Notes: generated from the sequence alone by a model not told the origin. Shown: positions 10,596 through 20,172, numbered from the stretch's first letter. The stretch: DNA of 64,000 bases from Leptospiraceae bacterium (GCA_040217195.1 JAVJNR010000007.1:32001-96000); one strand, 5' to 3'. A program made the numbers and translations.

Positions 10596-12989
10596 TTACC
10601 AGCCCTCACGGTCCGGAAACTCGGGCGAAGGCTCCTGAAGCGCATTCTGCACAAGCTCCATCATTGAAGAATAGAATTGCACTTCCAGTCCCTCTTTTAC
10701 ATGATCCGGAAGCTCTTCGTAGTCCGGCCGATTCTTCTCGGGAAGGAAGACATTGCTGATTCCAGCCGTCCTGGCTGCCAGAACCTTCTCTTTAATGCCT
10801 CCCACCGGAAGCACCCTACCACGCAATGAAATCTCTCCAGTCATGGCCAGATCATCCTTTAAAGGTCGATTCGTAAACAGGCTGGTCAGAGCAGTCAGCA
10901 AAGTTACTCCGGCGGAAGGACCATCTTTTGGAGTGGCCCCACTGGGGATATGTACGTGCAGATCCTTGTGCTTTAGCTCCTGGGGATTGATTCCCAGCTC
11001 TCTGGCATGCGCTTTAAGAAATGAAAGTGCTGCAAGAGCAGATTCTTTCATAACATCTCCCAGCTGACCTGACAGTCGAAGCTCCCCTTTACCTTCGTAA
11101 GCAGTAGCTTCGATATATAAGATGTCGCCGCCCACCGGAGTCCATGCAAGACCGATGGCCACACCCGGCGCTCGAGTGTCTTCTTTTGTGTCTCGAATAA
11201 ATCTATCTCGACCCAGGTGTTCCTGAACTTCATCTCGGCCAAAGATTTGCCCGGATTCTTCCTCTTCGTTATCATGAATCCTGAGCACAGCTTTTCGAGC
11301 CAGAGATTCCAGTTTTCGCTTCAGAGTACGTACGCCGGCTTCCCGAGTATGATTTTCGATCACTCTACGAATTGCATCGTCTTCGATTCTAACTTTGTCT
11401 TCTGGTAGCTTAAGATCGCTTAGAATTTTCGGAAGCAGGTGCTTTCTTGCAATGGCTTCTTTCTCTGCCAGTGTATAGCCGGAAAGAAATACTAATTCCA
11501 TCCTGTCCAACAGAGGTGCCGGAATTGTTTCCAGACTGTTCGCAGTGCAGATAAAGAGTGCCCGGGAAAGATCATAGGAAAGACCCAGGTAGTGATCCTC
11601 AAAATGGCTGTTCTGCTCCGGATCCAGAACTTCAAGCAAAGCTGCAGAAGGATCTCCATGAAATGAAGCGCCGGTTTTGTCGATTTCATCCAGGAGAAAA
11701 ACTGGATCCCGCTGACGTGCCTTTTTCATCGCTGCCAGAATCTTTCCAGGTAGAGCCCCCACATAGGTTCTGCGATGACCGCGAATTTCCGCTTCATCTC
11801 GAACGCCTCCCAGAGCTGCACGCACCAATGGCCGTTCCATGGATCTCGCTACAGATCGAGCCAGGGATGTTTTTCCCACTCCTGGAGGACCTACCAGACA
11901 GAGAATTGGGGCCCGGAAACCTCCGGTCTGCTTTTCCACAGCCAGGTGTTCCAGAATTCTCTTCTTAACCTCTTCCAGGCCTTCATGATCTTCATCCAGA
12001 GCAGAGCTGGCTTTCTTTAGATCAATGGTCCTTGGCTCCGGATCCTCCCAGGGTAAATCGTTCACAAGCTCCAGCCAGTTGCGAATCTGACCTGCTTCCA
12101 TTGTGCCCTGGGGACCATCCTGTAGACGGCGGTATCTGCTCAGCTCTTTGTTTACCTGTTTTCGCACCTCTTCAGGTAGCGATTTCTCCCGAAGCTGATT
12201 TTCCAGCTCATCGTCATCGCCGCCATCTTCTTCACCCAGTTCTTTGCGAATAGTTTCCAGTTGCTTTCGCAAATAGAACTCTCGCTGCATTTTGGAGGTG
12301 TCCTGTTCCACCTTCTTGCGAACCTCGTTTTCCATTTTCAGGCGCTGAGTTTCTTCCACCAGATAGCTCTGTACTGTTTCCAGCTTCTCTTTAATGGAGC
12401 TAATTCTAAGAGCCTGGATCTTTTCTTCAGCGGGCTTCTGAGAGAAAAACAAAACCTGATTTGCAAGCGCACTTGGATTACTTAGCTTTCGAACAAATGT
12501 AGATATTTCATCGGGAATCCCGGGATGACTTTCTACGTAACCCAGAACATGGGCTTTGAATTCCTGGAACTGCTCATCTGTATAATCTTCAATCTCGCCT
12601 AGCGGGGAGATTCGACCGGTTAAATAGGGCTGCTTGCTGGTAATTCGGTTCAGCTCAATTTTCTGAACACCCTGCAACAGAACTTGATACCCTCCTTCGC
12701 TCATGGGCATCACTTTATGGATCTCAGCGAGCACTCCGGTACTGTATAGATCCTTCTGATCGATTTGCTCTACATCCGCAGACTTCTGGGTAAATAGAGC
12801 GACCAGAGCTCCAGGCTTACCCAGTTGCTCCACCAGTTCCAGAGTACCGGATCGGCCCACGAAGATTGGTAGCACAACTCCAGGAAATACCAGGGCATTT
12901 CTGAGAGGAATAATAGGCGCCTCAAAAGGCACATCCTCCGTCTGAATTTGAGTTATATTTTGATCTGCATAACGAATCACTGATTCCAT
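10596..12989 (-). CDS. lon: ATP-dependent Lon protease (endopeptidase La)
   Basis: LON N-domain, Walker A GPPGVGKT, RRTYVGALPG, LLDEIDK, catalytic PKDGPSAG and PVGGIKEK. Confidence 0.98.
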   Translation of the reverse strand: MESVIRYADQNITQIQTEDVPFEAPIIPLRNALVFPGVVLPIFVGRSGTLELVEQLGKPGALVALFTQKSADVEQIDQKDLYSTGVLAEIHKVMPMSEGGYQVLLQGVQKIELNRITSKQPYLTGRISPLGEIEDYTDEQFQEFKAHVLGYVESHPGIPDEISTFVRKLSNPSALANQVLFFSQKPAEEKIQALRISSIKEKLETVQSYLVEETQRLKMENEVRKKVEQDTSKMQREFYLRKQLETIRKELGEEDGGDDDELENQLREKSLPEEVRKQVNKELSRYRRLQDGPQGTMEAGQIRNWLELVNDLPWEDPEPRTIDLKKASSALDEDHEGLEEVKKRILEHLAVEKQTGGFRAPILCLVGPPGVGKTSLARSVARSMERPLVRAALGGVRDEAEIRGHRRTYVGALPGKILAAMKKARQRDPVFLLDEIDKTGASFHGDPSAALLEVLDPEQNSHFEDHYLGLSYDLSRALFICTANSLETIPAPLLDRMELVFLSGYTLAEKEAIARKHLLPKILSDLKLPEDKVRIEDDAIRRVIENHTREAGVRTLKRKLESLARKAVLRIHDNEEEESGQIFGRDEVQEHLGRDRFIRDTKEDTRAPGVAIGLAWTPVGGDILYIEATAYEGKGELRLSGQLGDVMKESALAALSFLKAHARELGINPQELKHKDLHVHIPSGATPKDGPSAGVTLLTALTSLFTNRPLKDDLAMTGEISLRGRVLPVGGIKEKVLAARTAGISNVFLPEKNRPDYEELPDHVKEGLEVQFYSSMMELVQNALQEPSPEFPDREGW

Positions 12990-13053
12990 CCTTTGTTACT
13001 CCTGACTGTGCTGATTCCGGAAGAATAAGAAAGTCCGCCGGGAAAGGCTAACC

Positions 13054-13070
13054 TGCAGGAATAGTACCAA
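13054..13070 (-). promoter_or_regulatory. Putative sigma54 (-24/-12) promoter of lon
   Basis: Minus strand TTGGTACTATTCCTGCA has exact GG-N10-GC spacing, ~65 bp upstream of the lon ATG. Confidence 0.5.
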
Positions 13071-13127
13071 CCACCGAGCACTTCAGAGGCAGAATAATGC
13101 CTGAGTAGCCTTCTGTCGGCTTCATTT

Positions 13128-13157
13128 TGTCAGTCGATCCTGTCAGTGTGACAGGAT
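13128..13157. promoter_or_regulatory. TGTCA/TGACA repeat array, candidate activator site between lon and htrA
   Basis: 9-bp inverted repeat atcctgtca-gtg-tgacaggat (13137-13157); direct repeat tgtcagt at 13128 and 13141. Confidence 0.45.
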
Positions 13158-13289
13158 TCACCGACGTTTTCATGGATCTAAAGGCATCAAAATCCTGCCA
13201 CCTCTTGCGCTCGGCATCGTCTAAACCGATACTGAATTAGGCCCGTATTTTCTCCGGGTCCGTTCTGGCCCGTCCCGAGGATCTCTATC

Positions 13290-14363
13290 ATGATTAGAAG
13301 TAACTGGAATTTGACCATCAGGCTATTTTGCTTCGCTCTAGCTGGCACTCTATTCCTTGGCGTTGCACCGATTCAGGCAAGAAACGGATTTTCGCCCATG
13401 AACGACCCCGCGCTGCGGGAGTCCTATAAGAGTGCCCGTGCTCTTCAACGTATCTTCCGGGCCGTGTACGACTATGCCAGGCCGGGAGTGGTACAGATAA
13501 CCACAGAATCTCTGGAAGATCGACCTGCTCCCAACGGCAGCGGACCAGCAACGCCTCAATCCCAGGGCAGTGGATTTATTATCGATTCCAATGGATGGAT
13601 TGTAACTAACCGACATGTAATTGGTGACTCAAAGGAAGTAACCGTCAAGCTACACGATGGAAGAACCTTCACGGCCACGGTTCGCGGTTCGGACCCTCTT
13701 ACCGACATTGCATTGATTCGGGTTCAGGGAGCTGGTTCCCTGGATGCATTGAAAATGGGCGATTCAGATAATGTGAAGGTCGGAGACTGGGCCATCGCAC
13801 TGGGAAATCCCTTTGGTCTGGATGGATCCTTTACAGTAGGAGTCATTTCCGCTGTGGGCCGGGTTGGCCTGGATGCCAGCGGACTGAACTTCATTCAAAC
13901 CGACGCTTCCATCAATCAAGGAAACTCCGGTGGCCCACTGCTCAATCTGGACGGGGAAGTCATAGGAATCAATCGTATGATCCTTTCTCCCAGCGGAGGC
14001 TCCATTGGCATTGGTTTTGCTATTCCGACCAATGAAGTGCGCTATGTTATAGAAGAGATTCGCAGAAATGGCCGGGTGGATCGAGGTTTACTGGGTGTGG
14101 CCGTGGATGTGCTGCCGGCCCGTTTACGTAAATTTACAAACGGTCGAGGCGTTCTTGTAACCGGCGTGAAACCCGGAACAGGTGCCGATCTTGCCGGAAT
14201 AAAGAAAGGAGATGTAATCCTGAAAGTGGATGGAAAGACGGTAATCTATCCCGGTGAACTGGTAGGACTGATTTCCCGTAGAAAGCCCGGAGATAAGGTA
14301 GAAGTGGAGATCATTCGAAATCTCGAAACACAGAAGGTTACCGTTACCCTGGGACGAAGATAA
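13290..14363 (+). CDS. htrA: HtrA/DegQ-family serine protease (trypsin + one PDZ)
   Basis: Signal peptide; catalytic triad IVTNRHV, TDIAL, QTDASINQGNSGGPL; C-terminal PDZ. Confidence 0.93.
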   Translation: MIRSNWNLTIRLFCFALAGTLFLGVAPIQARNGFSPMNDPALRESYKSARALQRIFRAVYDYARPGVVQITTESLEDRPAPNGSGPATPQSQGSGFIIDSNGWIVTNRHVIGDSKEVTVKLHDGRTFTATVRGSDPLTDIALIRVQGAGSLDALKMGDSDNVKVGDWAIALGNPFGLDGSFTVGVISAVGRVGLDASGLNFIQTDASINQGNSGGPLLNLDGEVIGINRMILSPSGGSIGIGFAIPTNEVRYVIEEIRRNGRVDRGLLGVAVDVLPARLRKFTNGRGVLVTGVKPGTGADLAGIKKGDVILKVDGKTVIYPGELVGLISRRKPGDKVEVEIIRNLETQKVTVTLGRR

Positions 14364-14450
14364 CAAACTTTTTTAACGAATTCCAGGTTTCCGCCGTCCA
14401 ATTAATCAGCGAATGCCGGGTCAAGCAGGCCCTCTATTCGCAGGTACCCT

Positions 14451-14894
14451 GTGATGAAACCCTACGGTCTTGTGCTGCTTCTTGGAGTATCAGCGGTAAC
14501 TTCTGCCGGATGGAAGGACCTGCGCTCTGAGCCCCCTCAGGCAGGCCAGCCAGGACTGAATATAGTTTCTGAAAGCTACCTTCAAGAGGTTTCACACAGA
14601 AATGGGCCCAGCCTTGCCGGACGATTCACGGTTCATTCTAATCAGGATGGACTGGACTCAGGGTTAGATCTGGAAGCCCTCCAGTCTGGATTCTCCAATC
14701 GAACCAGGCCCACATTACCTCAAAAAAGAAAAGCAGATGAGCCATTCCCGGGTGGCCAGTTCTTAACAGAGCAGCCCTATTTAGCTTATTGGGAAATTCT
14801 CTTCAAAAATGGCTCCTTTCTCTGGTCTTTACTGTCGCTGGGCCTGGCCGTAGTCTTTGCAGGCTACCTGCTCAGAAACCCGGGCAATACCTGA
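14451..14894 (+). CDS. Small exported protein with C-terminal NGS-x-LW/TM tail
   Basis: Signal peptide (MMKPYGLVLLLGVSAVTSA); last ~45 aa align without gaps to the tails of the next two genes. Confidence 0.7.
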   Translation: MMKPYGLVLLLGVSAVTSAGWKDLRSEPPQAGQPGLNIVSESYLQEVSHRNGPSLAGRFTVHSNQDGLDSGLDLEALQSGFSNRTRPTLPQKRKADEPFPGGQFLTEQPYLAYWEILFKNGSFLWSLLSLGLAVVFAGYLLRNPGNT

Positions 14895-15057
14895 ATTATT
14901 AGCGTAATCAACCCGCCACGTCCTTAGGTTCCGGAGGAATCCAGAGGCGACATATTGGGCCATTCCAGGGGCACTAACTGTCAGTTGTACGAGTATGTAC
15001 TGGCTACCAGACTCATCTTTATTGCCCCGCTACTATTCAGGTCCCACTCGCAAAAAC

Positions 15058-15136
15058 CGTCACATCTAAGTATGAGAGCTCGATACCTTCTCCAGCAAGA
15101 GATGGTGATGATACGAATCGAGCGGGAGGATCTCGT
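15058..15136 (+). promoter_or_regulatory. Conserved upstream element / structured 5' leader, copy 1
   Basis: CGTC-N8-GTATGAGAGCTCGAT ... GAGCGGGAGGATCTC-NN-ATG; gctcgat pairs with atcgagc. Confidence 0.55.
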
Positions 15137-16543
15137 ATGAGAACATATAGTCAATTTCTGGCCCTGGCCTTGCTGGTAGCTGGATCTTTTATTCTGACAG
15201 ATTGCAAAAAAGATAAGGATGCACTGCCATTCTTCTTGCTGGGCAGCAATGCAGAATCCGCGCCTGGAAGTACTGTTACTGAAGAAACATCTGAAGGAAC
15301 GACGGTAACTACAACCAACGGTGATGTTACCGGCGAAGAGGAATTCGAGTTTCAAACATCTGAGACCATTGACATCAATGTAAATGTCACCGATGATGAT
15401 GGACCGGTGCCGGGTGCCACAGTCATCGTGAATGAAACTGAAACCGATGAAACTCTGTATCAGGGTGTAACCGATGAAGAAGGTAATGTCACAGGAACCA
15501 TTGAAGTAACACCAGAGAATGAAACCGTAACGGTCATCATTCAGGTAGGCGATGAATCCATTGAACAGGAAGTTTCGACTGATAACCTTCAGGAAATTAA
15601 CCGTGAAGTGGTTATCGACGGTTCCACCGGTGATTCCGCGATTGCAGATGCCGACGGAGATGGAATATCAGATTCGGCGGATCATTATCCAGATGATTCC
15701 ACCAGAGCTACGCGAGTTGTGGTGCCCAGCGCTGACGGACAGGTAGTTGCCTACGAAGACCTTTATCCCAGCCCCGGTGATGCAGACTTCAATGACTATG
15801 TCATAAAACTGAATCAAGAACTGGACCTGGATTCAAGCGGAAAGGTAATTAGAATTCGCGGTACCTATCGCCACATTGCTCGCGGCGCTGGTTACAAGCA
15901 TACTTTGCATTTGACTCTTCCCGGTTCTGGAACCGTAACAAGAAAGATCTATTCTTCCACAGGATCTCTTGAAAGCGAAGATAACCAGTCTGGAAATCTA
16001 ACCGGGATTGAGATTCTACCACGTAGCGATGGTACCATTAGCCAGAGTAACACTGTAAATGGACAGACCTTTCAGAGTGGAAAGTACGCTGAAATCGAAA
16101 TCGTGCTCAATGAAGCTGTATCTAGAAGCGAATTAGGACGTGCTCCCTTTGATCTATTCATCAAAGTGATCAATACCGGAAAAGAAGTGCACTTTCCTGG
16201 AAAATACATAGAAGAAGATGGATCCGATACCTATATGGATTCTAACGGATTTCCCTGGGCCCTGTCTGTTCCCAAAGAATGGAACTGGCCTTACGAAAGT
16301 CGTAACATTGCCGATGGGTATCCGGATTTTGAGACCTGGTATTTGTCCATGGGTCAGGAAAAGTCAGATTGGTACAAGAGAGCTCAGGATAGCTACGTAT
16401 TTCCCTATGTAACCAATGGTGCTCTGGCAGCCTATATCCGTGCCGGAATTGGTAATGGATCCCTGCTCTGGTCGATGCTGGCCCTGGGCCTTGCAGGTCT
16501 GCTGGGGTTGTTTCTTTACAGGGAAAAAACCCATCAGAGATAA
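15137..16543 (+). CDS. LruC-domain (DUF4842) lipoprotein, paralogue 1
   Basis: Lipobox ILTDC; acidic Thr/Val-rich Ig-like region; DADGDGISD Ca-binding-like motif; LruC signatures AYEDLYPSPGDADFNDYV, APFDLFI, GFPWALSVP..WNWPYE; C-terminal TM. Confidence 0.88.
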   Translation: MRTYSQFLALALLVAGSFILTDCKKDKDALPFFLLGSNAESAPGSTVTEETSEGTTVTTTNGDVTGEEEFEFQTSETIDINVNVTDDDGPVPGATVIVNETETDETLYQGVTDEEGNVTGTIEVTPENETVTVIIQVGDESIEQEVSTDNLQEINREVVIDGSTGDSAIADADGDGISDSADHYPDDSTRATRVVVPSADGQVVAYEDLYPSPGDADFNDYVIKLNQELDLDSSGKVIRIRGTYRHIARGAGYKHTLHLTLPGSGTVTRKIYSSTGSLESEDNQSGNLTGIEILPRSDGTISQSNTVNGQTFQSGKYAEIEIVLNEAVSRSELGRAPFDLFIKVINTGKEVHFPGKYIEEDGSDTYMDSNGFPWALSVPKEWNWPYESRNIADGYPDFETWYLSMGQEKSDWYKRAQDSYVFPYVTNGALAAYIRAGIGNGSLLWSMLALGLAGLLGLFLYREKTHQR

Positions 16544-16562
16544 TTATTATAGATGATCCTAT

Positions 16563-16587
16563 GGGCCCCATTCCGGGGCCCTTTCTT
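16563..16587 (+). terminator. Rho-independent terminator
   Basis: gggcccc-attcc-ggggccc-tttctt. Confidence 0.75.
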
Positions 16588-16708
16588 CGGTAACGTTAAG
16601 CGACATAATCACTTCCAGGCCTGTCACTCTTTGCAGTAGTACCCGGGTGAATTGAGGTGGTTTTGACGTGGATTTTTGCATTAATCCTAAGAATTTTTGG
16701 TTTTCCTT

Positions 16709-16790
16709 CGTCTTTTTATCGTATGAGAGCTCGATGCCCTATCGATTCGGATCGGGCAAGAAACAAACAGACTGAGCGGGAGGATCTCAA
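16709..16790 (+). promoter_or_regulatory. Conserved upstream element / structured 5' leader, copy 2
   Basis: Same CGTC-N8-GTATGAGAGCTCGAT ... GAGCGGGAGGATCTC-NN-ATG architecture as copy 1. Confidence 0.55.
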
Positions 16791-18209
16791 ATGAGAATAA
16801 ACAGTCAAGTTCTGGCCCTTGCCATTGTAGCAGCCGGATCTTTAATACTGACGGATTGCAAGAAGGACAAGGATGCTTTGCCTTTCTTTTTGCTGGGGGC
16901 TGATGCACAATCCACTCCAGGCACTACAACCACTGGCGAAACCTCTGAGGGAACGACAGTAACCACTACAAACGGTGATGTAACTGGCGAAGAGGATTTT
17001 GAATTTCAGAATTCCGAAACTATCGATGTAAATATTACCGTTGTAGACGATGACGGTGAAGTGGACGGAGCAGTAGTAACCATCAAAGATGGAGACACTG
17101 GAGAAGTGCTCTACCAGGGCGTTACCGGCGAAGACGGTGTAGCCAGCGGTACAATTGAAGTCACTCCGGACAACGAAACATTGAATCTAGTGATCGAAGT
17201 TGGTGATGAAGTCATCGAAGATACCATCGCTACAGAAGATGTTCAGGAAGTTAACCGTGAAGTAACCATCGACGGCTCTGCAAATACAGATACCGGCGTG
17301 GCCGATGCCGATAACGATGGTATCTCAGACGAAAACGATGCTTATCCGAATGATCCGGACCGAGCCACCATAGTGAAGCTACCTTCTGCAGATGGACTGG
17401 TAGTTGCCTACGAAGACCTGTACCCAAGCCCGGGCGATGCAGACTTCAACGACTACGTGGTAAAAGTCTACCATGAAATTGATCTTAACTCAGCGGGTAA
17501 GGTTGTTCGCCTCCGTGGCGTTTACCAGCACCTGGCCAGAGGAGCGGGCTACAAGCATACTCTTCATTTGAATCTTCCTGGAAGCGGCGATGTAAATCAC
17601 AAGCTGTATGATTACCAGGGGAGAGTCGAAGAGGAAATCGACGAATACCGTGCCAGCCTGAACGATATTGAAGTTATGCCTGAGAGCAATAAAACTCTGG
17701 GTCATAAGAACACAGCCAATGGACAATCTTACAAAGAAGGTAAATACTCCGAATTGGAGATTACTTTCAGCGAGCCAATGACCAGAAGCGAACTGGGACG
17801 AGCTCCATTCGATTTGTTCATCAAAGTGATCAATACAGGACATGAAGTACACTTCGCAGGAAAATACTTCGAAGATGACGGATCCGATCGATATCTGGAT
17901 TCCAACGGCTTTCCATGGGCACTTTCCGTTCCAAAACAATGGAACTGGCCTTACGAAAAATCCAGCATCTCAGAAGCATACCCTGACTTCGACACCTGGT
18001 ATCTGTCTCTGGGACAGGAAAAAGCCGATTGGTACAAACGAGCCAACGAGGCACATACTTTCCCCTATGTGACTGAAGGTGCTCTGGCTGCCTATATTCG
18101 GGCCGGTTTTCAGAATGGCTCCATTCTGTGGACATTGCTGGCACTGGGAATCGCAGGCCTTGCAGCACTGTTTTTCTATAGAGAAAAAAGCCACCGAGCC
18201 AACAACTGA
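16791..18209 (+). CDS. LruC-domain (DUF4842) lipoprotein, paralogue 2
   Basis: Collinear tandem paralogue of 15137-16543 with the same motifs and tail. Confidence 0.88.
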   Translation: MRINSQVLALAIVAAGSLILTDCKKDKDALPFFLLGADAQSTPGTTTTGETSEGTTVTTTNGDVTGEEDFEFQNSETIDVNITVVDDDGEVDGAVVTIKDGDTGEVLYQGVTGEDGVASGTIEVTPDNETLNLVIEVGDEVIEDTIATEDVQEVNREVTIDGSANTDTGVADADNDGISDENDAYPNDPDRATIVKLPSADGLVVAYEDLYPSPGDADFNDYVVKVYHEIDLNSAGKVVRLRGVYQHLARGAGYKHTLHLNLPGSGDVNHKLYDYQGRVEEEIDEYRASLNDIEVMPESNKTLGHKNTANGQSYKEGKYSELEITFSEPMTRSELGRAPFDLFIKVINTGHEVHFAGKYFEDDGSDRYLDSNGFPWALSVPKQWNWPYEKSSISEAYPDFDTWYLSLGQEKADWYKRANEAHTFPYVTEGALAAYIRAGFQNGSILWTLLALGIAGLAALFFYREKSHRANN

Positions 18210-18230
18210 TAGGCAAACGGCCTTTCAGGG

Positions 18231-18260
18231 AAGCCCCGCAGCAATGCGGGGCTTTTTTAT
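18231..18260 (+). terminator. Rho-independent terminator
   Basis: aagccccgca-gcaa-tgcggggctt-ttttat; GNRA loop. Confidence 0.9.
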
Positions 18261-18302
18261 TTCTTTATTCCAGAAATGGTTTCTCGAGGATTGTCGCAAC
18301 TT

Positions 18303-20012
18303 ATGAGCGGCACATTGAAATCCACTATAGATACAAATTCGGAAGATTTCCAGGCGAATGCAAAGGCCCTTCGCGATAAGACAGAAGAGATTCGCCAGGT
18401 CTGGCAGCGGATAGCCGGAGGCGGCGGAGAGAAGAACCGCAAGCTTCATGAGGACAGAGGCAAACTCTTTGTCCGGGATCGAATCAAACTCCTTCTGGAT
18501 TCAGGGTCTCCCTTTCTGGAAGTGGGAGCTTTTGCTGCCACGAATGTCTACGATTTTGAGGCGCCTTCGGCCGGAATCGTTTGTGGCATTGGCCTGGTCC
18601 AGAACTGTCCGGTGATGATCGTGGCGAACGATGCAACGGTTAAAGGAGGAACCTATGTTCCGCTGACAGTCAAAAAGCATCTTCGAGCTCAGGAGATCGC
18701 GCTGGAAAATCGACTACCCTGCATTTACCTGGTCGACTCTGGAGGTGCCTTTCTGCCCATGCAAGATGAGGTTTTCCCGGATAGAGATCATTTTGGCAGG
18801 ATTTTCTACAATCAGGCCCGGTTGTCTGCAGCCGGTATCCCGCAAGTAGCATGCGTTATGGGATCCTGCACAGCGGGTGGCGCCTACATTCCAGCCATGT
18901 CTGAAGAAACCGTCATAGTCCGTGGCCATGGAACAATCTTTCTGGGAGGACCTCCACTGGTAAAAGCAGCCACAGGCGAAGAGGTAACTCCGGAAGAGCT
19001 GGGCGGCGCAGATGTACACACACGAGAAAGTGGAGTAGCAGATTATGCTGCAGTAAACGATGAGGATGCTCTAAACATTGTAAGACGAATTGTGGCCAAC
19101 CTGGGCCCGGAGTATACTGTAAGCGATGATTCCGGTGCCAATTTTAATCTCACAGCCAGCACCCACAGAACCGGTACCTCTGGCGGCAAAAAAGCTGCGC
19201 CATCCTCGTCTGCTGGCGCAACGCTTCCCGGCGATAAAATAGCAGACCCATTGTACAGCTCCAGGGAGCTTTACGGTATCATACCTGAATCCAGCAGCAA
19301 GACATTTGATATTCGCGAAATTATTGCAAGGATAGTAGATGGTTCCGAGTTCCATGAATTTAAACCGGATTATGGAACAACCATCATTACTGGATTCGCT
19401 CGCATATTCGGAATGCAGGCCGGAATCATCGCAAACAATGGAGTGTTGTTCAGCGAATCTGCATTGAAGACCACTCATTTTATTGAGCTGTGCACCCAAC
19501 GTCAGATTCCGCTTTTGTTTCTGCAGAATATCACTGGCTTCATGGTAGGAAAGAAATACGAAAGCACGGGTATTGCTCGCGACGGAGCGAAAATGGTACA
19601 TGCTGTATCCAATGCGAATGTACCCAAGATAAGTCTTGTCATTGGCGGCTCTTACGGGGCCGGGAACTATGGTATGTGCGGAAGAGCCTTTGGTCCCAGA
19701 TTTCTCTGGATGTGGCCCAACGCTCGAATTTCAGTTATGGGCCCGGAACAGGCTGCCAACGTTCTTGCAACTGTCAAAAGGGATCAACTGGCCCGGGATG
19801 GAAAAGATTGGCCGGTTGATGAAGAACAGAAGTTCAAAGAGCCCATTTTGCGAGACTATAACCATAAGTCATCCAGCGTCTACTCCAGTGCTCGACTCTG
19901 GGACGATGGTATCATCGATCCTGCGGACACCCGAAGAGTTCTGGGCCTAACTCTGGCAATCTGCAATCGTACGGGAAACCAGGAAACGAACTACGGAGTA
20001 TTCCGAATGTAA
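18303..20012 (+). CDS. liuB: 3-methylcrotonyl-CoA carboxylase, carboxyltransferase (beta) subunit
   Basis: [72 protein letters not shown]-terminal GVFRM. Confidence 0.93.
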   Translation: MSGTLKSTIDTNSEDFQANAKALRDKTEEIRQVWQRIAGGGGEKNRKLHEDRGKLFVRDRIKLLLDSGSPFLEVGAFAATNVYDFEAPSAGIVCGIGLVQNCPVMIVANDATVKGGTYVPLTVKKHLRAQEIALENRLPCIYLVDSGGAFLPMQDEVFPDRDHFGRIFYNQARLSAAGIPQVACVMGSCTAGGAYIPAMSEETVIVRGHGTIFLGGPPLVKAATGEEVTPEELGGADVHTRESGVADYAAVNDEDALNIVRRIVANLGPEYTVSDDSGANFNLTASTHRTGTSGGKKAAPSSSAGATLPGDKIADPLYSSRELYGIIPESSSKTFDIREIIARIVDGSEFHEFKPDYGTTIITGFARIFGMQAGIIANNGVLFSESALKTTHFIELCTQRQIPLLFLQNITGFMVGKKYESTGIARDGAKMVHAVSNANVPKISLVIGGSYGAGNYGMCGRAFGPRFLWMWPNARISVMGPEQAANVLATVKRDQLARDGKDWPVDEEQKFKEPILRDYNHKSSSVYSSARLWDDGIIDPADTRRVLGLTLAICNRTGNQETNYGVFRM

Positions 20013-20172
20013 TTGAGCCTGCGGTTCGATTGAGCCTGCACCGCTCAAGAGTTCGTTCTTATGGGCAAAGTCCGGGACTCCATAAATCGGAGACCTGGTT
20101 TGGGCCCACACTTCTCTCTGGTTCGGATAGCAAAAACCCTTGATTGCAGATCTATGCCTCTAAGATGGTACC

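Noticed and set aside
12990..13289. CIRCE/HrcA operator between lon and htrA
   Set aside because: No TTAGCACTC-N9-GAGTGCTAA match.
20012..20048. attgagcctgc repeated twice after liuB as a CRISPR or mobile-element trace
   Set aside because: Only two 11-bp copies 17 bp apart; no spacers or cas genes.
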